Source: Carcharhinus longimanus
Lineage: Eukaryota
NCBI GenBank assembly: GCA_030264375.1
Contig: JASCQW010000072.1
Span: 81,633,150-81,697,149, forward strand
DNA: 64,000 nt
Reading direction: 5' to 3'
A program made the position numbers and the translations under genes. The notes under the pieces are model-generated. The model was not told the origin of the DNA. It saw only the letters and a program-made list of their open reading frames with translations, and did not search any database. The number at the start of each line of letters is the position of its first letter. Position 1 is the first letter of the stretch. This document shows, piece by piece, positions 23,400-36,230 of this stretch.

Positions 23400-23525
23400 T
23401 GCCAGAATTTTACCAGCATGCTCACTCCAGAATTGGGGCGGGCAAAACTCGCAGGATGGCATTCTTTGTTGGCTTCAGGCAAGATCTTACAAGCCTCGGG
23501 CAGGCGAGGCGATGAAATTCCAGCA
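23400..23525. mobile_element. Harbinger-type MITE
   Basis: GCCAGAATTTT / AAATTCCAGC ends; interior similar to 41066-41191. Confidence 0.65.
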
Positions 23526-23759
23526 TCCGTATCTTTTGTTCCATGACATTTCTGTCATTTAATCTCTCCCACCCACTACTTATCCCAGACCTCACTTTTA
23601 TTCTGCCTACCCCTTCCTGCCTTTCAATGGCAAAAATCCCATCACATTTCTGCCTTCCTTCAGTTCTTAATACACATATTTGACATGAAACGTTAAATCT
23701 GTTTCTCTACAAATGTTTCCAGATGAGCTCAGTCTTTTCAGCAGTTTGTTCAATCAAAT

Positions 23760-24430
23760 GTTACCAGGGATAAGCAACTTCAGCTATCCCTAGAATGTTT
23801 AGAGAAGTAGGGATTGTTCTTTTTAGAGCACAAAAGGTTATGCAGAATTTAACTGATGTTCACAGAGAGAGAGAGAGAGAGAGAGAGGGGAAAGAGAAAT
23901 TTGCCCATGTAGGATTACTATACCGACTACATCATTTCTCCAGGGAAGAGTGTGCCGTGGCTGCTACCTACATGTTGGTACTCATTATCACTGGAGAACA
24001 CCATGTGGGCCACACAGGCAGTGGTGCATGGTACCTCTGCCACCCCACTCCACCTTGGGAAATGACAGTCTGCATAGCCTCTCTAGCAGCATGTGAATAA
24101 ATTTCTCCCCAAAGGGTTGTAGCAGCATACATAGTGAAAAAGCAGTTTCCACTGGAAAGAGAGTCAGTAACCAGAGAACACAGATTTAAGATAACTGGCA
24201 AAACAAGGAGGGGCAATGAGGATTTTCTTGTGTGTGAATTTATGATGGTCTGGAGCGCACTGCCTGAAGGATCAGTGAGCGCAGATTCAGTAGCAGCATT
24301 CTAAAGGCAATTGAAAAAATACATAAAACATTTTCTTTTTAAGGGCTATGGAGAAATTGCAATGAAGTGGGGCTAATTGTATGGTTCACTCAAAGTTAGT
24401 ACTAGCGCAATGAGCCAAATGGCCTTCTTA
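23760..24430 (+). mobile_element. CR1 3' end, degenerate, interrupted near a (GA)n tract (23864-23887)
   Basis: GGGATTGTTC..TTAGAGCA..AAGGTT; GTTTCCACTGG..AACCAGAG..CACAGATTTAAGATAA; GAGCCAAATGGCCT. Confidence 0.65.
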
Positions 24431-25239
24431 GTGCTCATTATTTGATGTGTCACAGGGAAGAACTTACCACCACATTCATTAAGTGAACTTCAAACCGAAA
24501 CAGCAGGGAAACTAAAAACAGGCCTAAGATTTCCACAAGTCTGAATTAATTTATTCAATGAATTGTATGCATTTTATTCTGAATAACCTGCATGTGCTTT
24601 TGATGCAAAAATTAGCACTGTACATGAAACGTTAACTCAACTCTCAGCTATCACATATTGCAACAACTATTCTGTACTGTGCCCTGTTCTGAGATTTTCA
24701 TAACGTTCAACGATCAAAGCAAGCCAGACCATTTCGTCAATGAGGTGATTTGAAAAATGCCCATTTCAACTCAAGATGTTAAATATACAAAGAAGCAGTG
24801 ATTATATTCCGTAAAACTGCCATTAAAGTGCATCTACCATACTCATTTTGCTGAGAAGAAAGTTGCACGGAACTACTTCTGGTTTGCAATTCTAAAATGT
24901 CATGCGTTTAAATGCCTTCACCAGTGCAATTGAAACTCCCATCCCAATCTGCCAACATAATAGAATACACAGGATGGAATGAGTTAAAATCAAATAGCTG
25001 CACTGATGAGTTCAAAGAATTTCAAATTGTAGCCATACAACTCATATCTGAATAATAAGATTTTTCTTGCTATTGTTTTGATGCATTTTTTTGACCATTG
25101 GAGGTACATTCTCTTATTTTGTGAAATGACAATAAATTCTGCAACAACATGAGAATATAATGTACAAAGTTCTCATGTCAATTAAGAGACTGCCCATAAT
25201 TCTCATCAAGTATTATACCAAAACTGTCAATTCACATCT

Positions 25240-25835
25240 AAAACTACATTTTCAAGATCGAGTTCAACAATTTTAGACTGTAATCTCTTCCCTTATTTTA
25301 TTTCTCTTTTCAGATTCCAGTTTCAGTATCCTGCTTGCCTTGTTTTCTTGTTTTCAGACAGCAGCTGTTCAAAATCTGTCATTCACATGTCTTCTAGAAA
25401 TAGCTTTTGTTTCTTCACTTATCCTATTACCACTCCCTTTGGCCTTACGCCAACAATTCTTTTTGCCATTTAATCTCGGCTGCCACCACATCACAGATCT
25501 TCCCTTTTGTTGTATTTCCAATACATTCCCCCTCCTTCCCCACCATCTCACCACCCACCCCTCATCCATCCCATTTTGCTTGCTTAAAACCTATTACAAT
25601 TCTAACTTTTTCAAGTTCAGGTCATTGACCTGAAACATCAACTGTTTCCCTCTCATTAGATGCTGCTTAACATGTTGAGCATTTCCAGCATTTTCTATTT
25701 CAGATATTCAGGCTGAAAACCTACCACCTTGCCCGCCCTGGAATCAGGGTGGGCAAGTTTCCCAGAACGTTAATCTCTGTTCGAGCGAGGCTGTAAAATC
25801 CCGCCCTCAGAGTCTGCAGTATTTTGCTCTTGTAT
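25240..25835 (+). mobile_element. PLE family-1 3' end
   Basis: GAGTTCAACAATTTTAGA (ORF end), UTR, then AGGTCATTGACCTGAAACATCAACTG..GATGCTGC..TTTCCAGCATTTTCT. Confidence 0.75.
25711..25806. mobile_element. Harbinger-type MITE with TCA TSD
   Basis: GGCTGAAAA..GTAAAATCCCGCCC flanked by TCA at 25708-10 and 25807-09. Confidence 0.7.
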
Positions 25836-25879
25836 GATGTATTCTTTTTATCAGCTCCATCTTTGAGCACTAGATGGCA

Positions 25880-27400
25880 TGGAATGCCAGATCCCCAGGG
25901 GCCTGTTCTGGGGCCTCAGCTTTTCGCTACGTTTATTAACAACTTGGTTGAAAAAATAGAGTGAAATATCCAAGCTTGTAGGTGGCACTGTTGTTACCAC
26001 CAGATAAGAAAGGATAGAACGGCTCCTCTCAGTAGTCCCTCAGGATTCAGTGTTGAGGTGGTTAAATGATGCTGTAGGTCATTGTATCTTTACTTCTAAA
26101 GACAGCAGCAGCAGGATTGATTTAAAATCCCTGCCTGTGGTGAGTGGATAGTCAAACAAAAGACATTTAAACTTGCACGTTGAATGCGAAGTGAGAGAGA
26201 CAGAGAGAGAGGAGATCCATGCTGAAGTTTTCCCACTTTGTCATCTTTTCTATTTCTGTCAGTGGCCTGGAGAAAATAGTTCTTAAAACACAAGAGAGTT
26301 TTAGCTGGCTTGACAATGATCCTCTCTCATCAACTGACCGGTGACCCAAGTATGGTTATGGTTAGTGGATTCCAGGAGTAACTTGCTTAGATCATGGCTG
26401 GCTGAATTCCTCTGTCAGCCAGGATCCTTTAGCTAAATAGATTAGTTCTAATGCGTGTTCCCTATCCAGTTGAGTCTGGATTCCTGCAAATTAATCAGGA
26501 AACATGGTTCATTCATATTCTTCTCAAGTGAGTATCTTTGATGGGTTTCTGGAGACAGTTTGGCTCCAACCTATGGCTTTGTAATTATCATGTTGAATGA
26601 CACAAATGTTCAGCCATCTTAATAACTGGAATGTTGCCTCAGTCACCAATGGGCAAGCAGTTAGAAGAGATAGTTAGTAATACATTACGGGAAGCAGCAA
26701 GTTGAAAAATCGACGAATCAAGTGAATGGGAAAAACTATTGTAGGCAAGGGCAAAAGCACCACTTTTGATCAAGAAAGATAAATCGGATTCTATTAATGG
26801 CAAGAAGAGGGGAGATCAAGTAGAAAAATCTTTGGAAGTTAGTAGACAAAAGTAATCAGAAATATAAGGTTGACCTTCATTTCAAATTGGTTAGACTACC
26901 AAAGGGAATATGTTTCATACATGTAAGCTTAATTAGATACATCTGGAGTACAACACCTTCTCTAGGACCAATACATCCTTCCTGAGGTGGAGTGCAGATT
27001 CACCAGAATGATATCCATTTAAAGCATTAAATTATGAAGGCAGGTTACATAATGTTGGCTTGTATCCTGAAGTGTTGGAGATTCAGGGCTAATTAGTGTG
27101 AGGTGTTAAAAGGATTTGACAGCATAGATATAGCATCACCTCCTGTGGGGAAATCAAGAACAAGCTAAGCTATTCACGAGGAACATCAAGGAGCATTTTT
27201 TCCACACAAAGTGGTTGAAATCTGGAAATGTCTCCAGCTGAAGATGGTGGATACAAGATTAATTGTAGCTTTCATGATAAACAGCTTTTATCAGATAAAA
27301 TCAAAGAATTTGAAGCAATGGTGAGTTATTGGAATCAAGGTGCAGTTCAACCTCCAACTGAGCAGACTTGAAATGCTGAATGGTATTCCTGTTCCTATCT
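25880..27400 (+). mobile_element. Old CR1 LINE fragments, interrupted at 25992-26626
   Basis: CCCCAGGGGCCTGTTCTGGGGCCTCAGCTTTT (PQGSVLGP-like); CATCTGGAGTAC; GCAGATTCACCAGAATGATA; CTGAATGGTATTCCTGTTCCTAT tail. Confidence 0.7.
25992..26626. mobile_element. Probable solo LTR
   Basis: Begins TGTTACCACCAG, ends ..AATAAC; ~630 bp of non-CR1 sequence interrupting the CR1. Confidence 0.4.
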
Positions 27401-27597
27401 TACACATGCACGCACGGGCATACACGCACACGCCCCCTTTTCTTTCTAGTGGACTATATCTAAACACAGAATTCAAATAAGCTCAAAATATGCAATATTT
27501 AATATAATGTACCAAAATACTGAATTCTAAACTGTTGGGTATTTCAAGTTCATTAATGCAACTTCATTCAATGTACATGGATTTAATTTGTTTCACA

Positions 27598-28000
27598 GGG
27601 CAGAATTCTTCCATTTTGAGATTAAGTAGTGGGGGACAGGAATGCGGAATATTTCTCACCGCATGGGCTGGTGGGAAAACAAACCAAAACAAACCTGACC
27701 ACATTAATTATGCAGCTAAGTGCTTTGCATCATATTCAGTGGCAGAGCAGGCCTGGATAGTACATACTCCACCATCGTGTCTGGATGCCATATCAAAGAG
27801 GGGTCCAACACCACTGACTCATTACTGAAGAAAGAAGATGGATCTCCTGAAAATGAAGATGGATCTCCAGCAATATTCTGCAGCTAAACACACCCACCCC
27901 AACCCAGGGCACTAAATCCTGCAGTTGCTTCCCCCCCCAGCCACTGCTATAGTATCCGTGGTGCAGGGTTGCCAATGGCCTCCATCCCAAACTCCAGAAT
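27598..28000. mobile_element. Harbinger-type element fragment
   Basis: Starts with the GGGCAGAATTCTTCC TIR motif; GC-rich body; right end unclear. Confidence 0.4.
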
Positions 28001-28039
28001 ACAGTCACTAAAAAAAGGTCTATTTTTACTTCGCAGCAT

Positions 28040-28590
28040 CATTTAACTGCCCCAGCTCCTCTGTGATCAAAAACCTCGTCATTCATACCTTTCTTACCTC
28101 TAGATTTGTCTATTCTAAAACATTCCTCGCTGGCCTTCCACATTTGGAACTCTGTAAACTTGAAATCATCCAAATTCTGTTGTCCATCACCTTAGTTCCA
28201 TCAAATCACATTGACTCAATCTATGGCTGGCTAGCCTACAGTGACTCCCGGTCAAGGATAACTTCAATTTTAAAACTCTCACCCTTTTTTTCCCCAAACT
28301 CTCTAATCTTCTTTTGAGATCCTTTTGAGATATTTGCAATCCTCTGATTCTGGTCTCTTGAACATCTGTTTTCACTTCACCATATGTTCAGCTGATTGCA
28401 TCTGAAGGTCTGAAATCTCCTTTCTAAATCTTTTGTCTTTCAAGAGGCTCCTTCAGACCTACTTGTTATTGGCACTTCTTCTAATGCCGCCTTTGTGCTT
28501 GGTATCAAACTTTCGTTTAGAACTCTCCTGTATGGTGTATTTTATGATGTTTATTACACTCAAGGTACAACACACTTACATGTTGTTGTT
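28040..28590 (+). mobile_element. L2 LINE 3' end, degenerate
   Basis: LVIHTFLTSRFVYSKTFLAGLP..KLEIIQ resembles L2 LIHAFVTSRLDYSN.LLAGLP. Confidence 0.75.
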
Positions 28591-28704
28591 AAAAAAAGGG
28601 CAGCCAACAGTGGAAACCGCAGTGATGGCACTTCTGCTCTCTCCCATTGGTGCCAAAATGATACAATTATTAGGAAAACTTGTAAATGACTGAGCAATGT
28701 GTCC

Positions 28705-28768
28705 ACTTTCACAGAACTTCAATGCAGTGTTAAGGTAACCTACTTGTGACACTAATAAATAAACTTAA
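28705..28768 (+). mobile_element. Isolated type-B SINE tail
   Basis: TTTCACAGAACTTCAATGCAGTGTTAAGG..CTACTTGTGACACTAATAAATAAACTT. Confidence 0.75.
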
Positions 28769-31245
28769 AAATATTCTTTTGGATGAAAGGTTGCTTTGTA
28801 AGTTACCACTTGCAATTTTCAGGTAAAAATGGATGGAGATGGCATTGCATGCACTCTAGGATTTGTAGCAAGTAGTGAGTGATCTAACCACAGGTCGCAA
28901 GATGGTGTGGATGCTCAGGAAAATTACAGATTCTCTTCTTGGAGAATTTTCTGTGGGAGTAAAGGACTGTTCTTGGTTCTACAGAAACACTGCAGCCTGC
29001 TGCATGCCTGTGCCCGATCTCCTCCAGCAGTGACAATCCTTCAGCACCTTGAACCTGCTTGACTGTGGGAACCAACTGATTTCCTACCATTCTACTGTTG
29101 GCAATCTCCAACAAGGCACCTATTGTTTGCTGATGGTGTCCAAATAAGCCGAATCTAAGCTTCATTCAGGTCTCCTGACATCAGCTGATCTGTTGACTTC
29201 ATGGCCATTTTGGGCAAATATTAAATATTTTCCTTCACTTCTTAAGTGTTCTACAAGTCATGAGTTAGCCATGTTAGCTATTTCTACCAACATACCAGGA
29301 TGGAAAAGATCTTCTGAACCCTTCTCTGATTTTAAAGATTATTTACTTTTACGAACATAGATTTTGTCAGAATGGCTGGCACAAGAATTTTGACTTGTGC
29401 ATGTGTTCTGATGGTCACTCATCTCATTACTGTTGATATGAATCAGTATCAAATTTGGTTCTAGAATTCCTTCCCAAGATCAAAGACTGTAATATGTAAT
29501 GCCTGCTCTTAGTTTCTTTTAATGTCTACTTTGACTTGCTCAAAATATCAGAAGACAAAACCATGGGTACTGATCATCTTTATATTACAACTACACTTCA
29601 AAAGAACTTCAGAGGCTATAAAATAGGAGGTTGTGAAAGATACAATAGAGAATGAATCAGTTTCAAGTAGGCAGTTTCAATTCAACCTATCAGTTACATA
29701 TTTCTAAGCTGTGTGCTTTTCTTGTATGTAATTGTTAAACTATACACTTCAGAATTTTAGTAATATGCACATCTTGACAGTTTCACAAAGCTTTTTCAAA
29801 TAATTGTCTCAGTAGATTTATGGTCACTCCCCATAACTTTGAAATGTTTGCACCAAAAATACTTTCTTTGGTCCAAACTGCCTGAATTGAGTTGATATAA
29901 ATGCTAGTGAGGCACATAGTCTGTAGGCTGTAGTAATACTGCACTCAAGTTTTGAATTCTAGCCATCAATTGTAACCCTCACTGCCTTGTTCATATTGCA
30001 GTTCTTCAACATAATGTTTCTCTCACCAGACACTGCAGCTCTTGAACTCTCAAAATGCTCATCAATCTAATGCTCTGCTGTATCCTTTTCAAGTAGTTGT
30101 CTTAATGGGTGTTGTGACATCTGACAAATTAGGCAGTGGCTTGTTTAAATAGTTTGCCATCTAATGAAATGGTTCCAATGTTTTTGTTGCTCATTTCTTC
30201 GCCCCATAAAGGTTGATAAAGTTTTTGCTAAGTGTCCTCAATTTTATATTTTGAACTTGTCACTTATTTGCATTCTCTTACTTGTTACATGATTTTTTTC
30301 AACAATATTTGATTGTATACCATGTTCACTTCAGAAAATAACATCCATAGTTCCTGCCAATGTCATCTAACAGCTTAAAAAAGTGTTGGTAATTTCTGGA
30401 ACTGGTATGATCTCTGGAAAAGTCATTTTGTATTAACACATCTGTCAAAAGATCCTTAAGTGTGCACAACTTTAAAGTTTTTTATTACCAGCCACCTCAA
30501 TTAGCATCATGTGATTTTAGCACTTGATAAACATGACACTACTCCCTCTGCAGTATGCACTGAAAAATATATATTTTCTCAAAGATTTACACAGAGCAAA
30601 ACAAGTTGTAACATTGAGAATATAACTTCATACAATGGATGATTCAGATTGAGTTTGTTAACACAGATCATAAATTGTAAAGGTAATGGTCATTAAAGGT
30701 TACGGTAATTTAAGTCGTAAATTATATTCTCATTCATTCACTGGCCTCAAATGTTCAGGCTTTGTTTTAGTATGCTTTCTCTATTCTATCTACTGCATTA
30801 CATGCAAAGTGTAAATATCCTTCCCTTAGCGGATGTATGACAGATTGAGCATTTGATTTTAGTTGTTTGGTCTGCTCTCTTGCTATTTAACTCGAATCCT
30901 TTTAAGTATATCAACGTTGTTGTCACTTTAGCATTGATTGCTGGTAACTGCCTTACTTTGTTAAATCAATCTTATCTGCAGGCATTGTGGAAGGCCAAGA
31001 ATGGGCTGTGTTTGCTGTACTTTGGTAAGTCTACTTTCCTGTACATATTATATTTTACTTTTACTTTGATATTTTGATCAGGGTATGATCCTTGGCTCAA
31101 TTTTATATTCAGTCAAAAGATTGTGGAACAATGTACTGAACTTCTGTACTTAAATTTCTTTTCTCCTTGATTTTCTTACGAGAATTATTTTAACTTGCTT
31201 TTTTTTAGCAAAATGGTGTCATTTTCCCCTGTTGCTACGTTTTTG

Positions 31246-31455
31246 ATGTGGAGATGCCGGCGTTGGACTGGGGTAAACACCGTAAGAAGTCTCACAACAC
31301 CAGGTTAAAGTCTAACAGGTTCTTTTGGTAGCAAAAGCCACTAGCTTTCATAACGCTTGCTGCCGCCTGACAAGGGGGCAGCGTGTGCTCCGAAAGCTAG
31401 TGGCTTTTGCTACCAAATAAACCTGTTGGACTTTAACCTGGTGTGGTGAGACTTC
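31246..31455. mobile_element. Fold-back mini-PLE (family 2) with 14-bp TSD
   Basis: ~65-bp inverted arms at ~31284-31349 and ~31392-31457; flanks TTGCTACGTTTTTG (31232-45) and TTGCTACATTTTTG (31456-69). Confidence 0.85.
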
Positions 31456-31799
31456 TTGCTACATTTTTGGCCACACACAGTATTTGTCCTCATGTAACTT
31501 ATCTTTACAATGCTTAATCAGTGTTAACAAACTCAGTCGAAATCTTTCATGAAAATGGTAGTACTATTCAATTATCAGTTACTGTATTGTCAGTACTGCA
31601 GCTTATTTTGCTGTCTGGTGCTGCTCTGCAAATAGTTCTCTAAAATTCTAAGCACTTTTAACCACATTACTCCGAGTGATCATCTATTACACAAAAACAA
31701 TTCTCACTTCAATATATTCTGAATACTGAGAACTCTTTCACATGCTCATCAAGTTCTGTCTGAACTTAAAAGTTTTAACCTTTTTTTTCCCTCACTTAT

Positions 31800-33070
31800 A
31801 TTCTTTTGAAGCCACAACTGCCCCATCAGTCTACTCTCAGTCATCGGCGAAGTGATGGAAGGAGTTATCGGCAAAGCTATCAAGTGGTACTTTCTCAGCA
31901 AATAACATGTTCACAGGTGCTCAGCTTGTGTTCCACTGGGGCCACTCAGTTCCTGACCTCATTACAGCCATGGAGAAAACAGCTGAATTCCAGAGCTAAA
32001 GTGAGGGCGCCTGCATTTGACATCAAGGTAACATTTCACCGTGTGTGGCATCAAGAAGACCCAGCAAAATTGAAGTCAATGGGCATCGGGGGAAAAATTC
32101 CCACTGATTGTAGTCATACCTAGCATAAATTCAGATTGTTGTCGTTGTTGGGGGTCAACCATCTCAGTCCCAGAACACTGCTGTGGGAGTTCCTTACCTG
32201 CCTCACCAATGACTTTCACTCCAACATAAGGTCAGAAGGGGGTGAGGGAGGGGGCGGGGGGACTGAACGTTCATTAACAATTTTGTGGTGTTTAATATAA
32301 TTTGTAATATCTCAGAAAATGAAGCACAATGTGTCTGCACAAGGTCTGGTCAAGATCCATGCTTGGGCTGATAAATGGTAACTTTGGTTACACAGAAGTT
32401 CCAGGAAATGAACATCCCTAACATGAGAAGCTAACAGTATTACCATTGCTGAATTCATCCATCATGAACATTCTGGGAGTTCCATTGACCGATCACTGCA
32501 CTGGAAATACTGTGCCTACAAGAGCAGATCAGAGACTGCAAATCCTGCAGCAAGTAACTCACCACCACCATCCACAAGGCAAAAGTCAGGAGTATGATAA
32601 AGTACTCTCCATATGCCTAACTGCAGCACCAACAACACTTGAGAAGCGGAGACCATCGAAGACAAAGCAGTTAGCATCCCATCTATGATCTTAAATATTC
32701 ATCCTTGCACTGATGCACAATGGGGCAGGGTGCCATGTAGAAGTTGCACTACAGCAATTCACCAAGACTCCTTTGGCAGCACATTCTAAAATTCTTGGCT
32801 TCTAACAATAAGAAGAGCAAGTACAGCAGGTGCATGGAAACAGCAGCAGCTACAGGTTTTCCTCCAAATCACACACCTATTGCAACTATATTGCTGTTCC
32901 TTCATTTTTGATGTGTCAGAATCCTGGAACTGCCTTCCGACAGGTGTGGGAATCACAGACTACCAGCAGTTCTCAAAGGTTGCTCACTACCACCTCCTCA
33001 AGGACAAAGGTGAGTATTAACCGCTGGTGTGGGAGTGACAATCGCATCCCATGAATGAATGCAAAAGAAG
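31800..33070 (+). mobile_element. CR1/L2-group LINE family 2, RT to 3' end, degenerate
   Basis: SLLSVIGEVMEGVI; AFDIKVTFHRVWHQ..KLKSMGIGGK; tail CGCATCCCATGAATGAAT. Confidence 0.8.
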
Positions 33071-34893
33071 TTTTTTTTAAATGCTCAATTTACCCAAGCC
33101 CTATTCCTTGGTTTATCTGATTTTTATTTGCTTCTGTGATTTTTTTGTTGATGTACTATAGCGCATAATTATGTCATGGCGCATCATCGATGGTAAATCC
33201 CTGAATTTAATCATACAATTTGCCTTACAGATGGTTTTTTCCATTTGTCTGAACATCAAAGTATGCTGATTGGGATTAACTGCTGTTTTTACCCCTTTCT
33301 GTACAGTAAGCCGGTCATGACATTGGGATGCCATCCAATTCACTTACCAGCATTCTTATTTCATACTTTAATGTTTGAGTGCCAATGAACTGAATGAAGT
33401 CTTATTATAACAGTGAACCTTCCTCAATGTCAGGCACACTGAAAGAGGCAGAAGACAGGTGCTTTAAAAAGCATGTTGATAGAATGAAGAAACCTCCTTT
33501 GACCGTATGGACACCATCATCAGTTGACTATGATTATGGTCACTTCCACGGCTGCTATCCCATAATTTTACAAATATTGCTGTGTCAAATCACCTGCCTT
33601 AACTATGGGCCTTTTCCCTGCACTAGATTTCTCAACAGTCCAAAAAAAGAACTGTTTCATTTTCTTTCCCTTCTGAATGGCTGAGGTGAGACCAGAAATG
33701 ATGGTAATTTTGCTGTCTGCAGTTCTATGCTATAATATTTTGACACTTGCAGCAGCTTGACCTACTGAGTCACCCATTGAGAATGGTCCCTTGCTGTGCA
33801 ACGCAATGAGGCTCATTTTGATGTTTCTTAGAAAATTGAAAATGACTCATGGTTAAGTTCATAAAGTACATCAGCTGATAAAGCAGTTTGATTTCACACC
33901 GGAGTTGAATTGCCTACAGTGCAATTGCAATGATACTTTAGAACCTTTGATTAGATTTACCTTAGTGCTCCAGATTTACCCTTTCTGTACCATTTAATGT
34001 CATACAGCTATTATGTTCCCTGCACTCAGTTTCTTTCAAGTCTAAACAGCTGCAATCGCTTCTTCATAGCTCAATGCTCTGACACTGAAGATCGTTGAAA
34101 GGAAGGAAAACGGGGTTGTAAGTCCAGTTCTACTGGCCCATACTATTTAATGGGCCAGTTGAAAAGCAAATCATTTGCCTAGCTTATTGGTATGAAAAGT
34201 GCAAGGAGATCAATCCACCTGACCACTTACATTAATTTCTGATGCTTAAGGGTTGTATAAAATATTTGAAACCCTCTTGATCAGAGCATTATGATATTGT
34301 TTTGATGTAAAAATGCTATTGATATAATAAAATTAAGATTTAACTAGTACCCAAACACATCTATAACAGTTTTGTCTTAATGCTATTTGAAAAGAGCAAG
34401 AAAGGACAATCACATCCATTCTCATCCCAACCAGTGGATGATGCAATTTCATGACAGATCCATGACAAGGGTTATCAAAGGTAACTCTTGAAGGAGTTCA
34501 AAACAAACTAAAAACGCTACCCAATTTCAGGCAAGTCAATCGCGCAGACTTAAAACAACAATTTTCTGAATGAATTATTAGGCTCATCTTGCTAATCCAT
34601 TCCAAAATATCCCAGTGATTACTCAAGTTTTTAATCAAACCCCTGTTTAAAAAACCAATAAAGCATATCCATAATGAGCATATGCAGCATTTACTAAAAT
34701 TATTCCTCCCAAAAGGCCATTTCATTTAAAGTGTTAGGTCCTCATCTATTAATACATTCACAATCTCAATGCCTTAAATTTATTTCAGATTTTTTTTCTG
34801 TCATTTCATTTGCTATCACTTCATTTGTATAACAATTTCCTACGGAATAGTTCCCTCATTGATCTATTTTATCTCGCGTGCATATACTTTTCC

Positions 34894-34895
<2 letters not shown>

Positions 34896-34952
<57 letters not shown>

Positions 34953-35072
34953 NNNNNNNNNNNNNNNNNNNNNNNNNNNNNNNNNNNNNNNNNNNNNNNN
35001 NNNNNNNNNNNNNNNNNNNNNNNNNNNNNNNNNNNNNNNNNNNNNNNNNNNNCCCCCCCCCCCCCCCCCCCC
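34896..35072. other. Assembly gap flanked by poly-G and poly-C
   Basis: 57 G, 100 N, 20 C. Confidence 0.9.
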
Positions 35073-36109
35073 TTATCCTCTCCCATCCCTTAGCTGCCCA
35101 CTCCATTGTTATTGCTGAACATTATTCTATTAACCAGAGTTGATATTTAATGCAACTTTCAAGACTAAATGATACAGTGGATTAGTCCACTGACCTTTCA
35201 TCTTGAACTGCAGTGAAGATTGATTAAATTAAAGTTTACTCTGCCAGCTGGAGGGGTTTTACTTAAAATACATTTACATTTTGGACTGTCTCCATTCCAG
35301 TATGAAAGCTGATCTTTTTTATTGTATCTGAAGTACAGAAACTTCATGTCCTTCCAATTAATTTAATCCAAGGGCATAATAATAAAAACAAGGGATGACC
35401 TTTTTTTAAAAGAGTTAAGCATTATAAACTATATGAATCAAAGAAAAAGGAAAACCGATTTCACCAATAAATCTGATGAGATTCATAAAGTATCGCTTTT
35501 GGAGTGTACTGGATATCGCACTACTTGCATACACAATCGTTATGAGTCAGTAACACTCCCCCACCCAAAGAAAGGCAAAGTGAATGACCAGTTAAAAGCA
35601 AGAATTTTATTGTATTGATAACAGTGTTCACTGTCATTACAGGTAAAAGCTAATGGCAACTTCTGGCATTCACACATGCACAGTTAAAACGCCGATATCT
35701 GCAGGTTGCTGTTAGTGGTATCATGCTCCCGGCATGCTACTCTGCTCCAGTCTTCTCAGATGACATCTACACAGCGATCACTGCCATGGCATGAACCTAC
35801 CATTGCCCACTATGCTTGCACTAAACTCAATTAGAAAAAATCAGGCTTGGAGTAACTGAGATTTTAAACAGCGCAGAAAGTGATAAATTAATCAATTTTT
35901 GTAAAACATTAGTTTTCCAAATGTCCATCCTCATTCTCAAGGAAAGAAAGATACTGCTGCAGATCTTTAAATAATCGGGAAGGATGCACATTTTCTCCTT
36001 CAAATGCAGTTGTGGGATACATCCACTAGAGGTGGAGTGATGGCAGAGGAGTGGTCGTGAGAGGTTTCTTTGCAAACATCTCACCTACGAGACCATCTCC
36101 AGTGTTGCC

Positions 36110-36230
36110 AAAAACCTTCAGTATTAAATGGGGGTGTCAGCTTTGTTCATGCACTCAAGTCTCTGAATTGCAACTTGAAGCCAACGATTTCCTGACTCAG
36201 AGGTGAGAGAGTGTTACCACTAAGCCAAAC
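36110..36230 (-). mobile_element. DeuSINE (SacSINE1-like) 5' head
   Basis: Reverse complement TGGCTTAGTGGTAACACTCTCTCACCTCTGAGTCAGG..CAGAGACTTGAGTGCA..GCTGACAC. Confidence 0.65.

Larger units (their letters stand above)
20990..23750 (+). mobile_element. Penelope-like element (RT, GIY-YIG endonuclease, 3' terminus), decayed and interrupted
   Basis: NPNIVTKPA, RTDLYLAEAE, QSLYTSIPNQDGL, LNNFSF, LPFPDLCISISGDRL, FHPTSLYIQRIIL, QGPKYSFHVRQ and a frameshifted YTGETKGRLG motif; terminus ..GAAACGTTAA.. Confidence 0.85.

Noticed and set aside
25612-25645. Further hammerhead candidates (also ~23660, ~48000, ~50724)
   Set aside because: Core or stem II is deleted or mutated, so they are remnants only.
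28884-29165. 93-aa minus-strand ORF in unique-looking DNA
   Set aside because: No recognisable domain or convincing splice sites; length is compatible with chance.
34810-35143. Poly-Gly/poly-Pro ORFs and an apparent G/C inverted repeat
   Set aside because: Homopolymers abut an N-gap, typical of sequencing or assembly artefacts; the same applies at 36890-36929.
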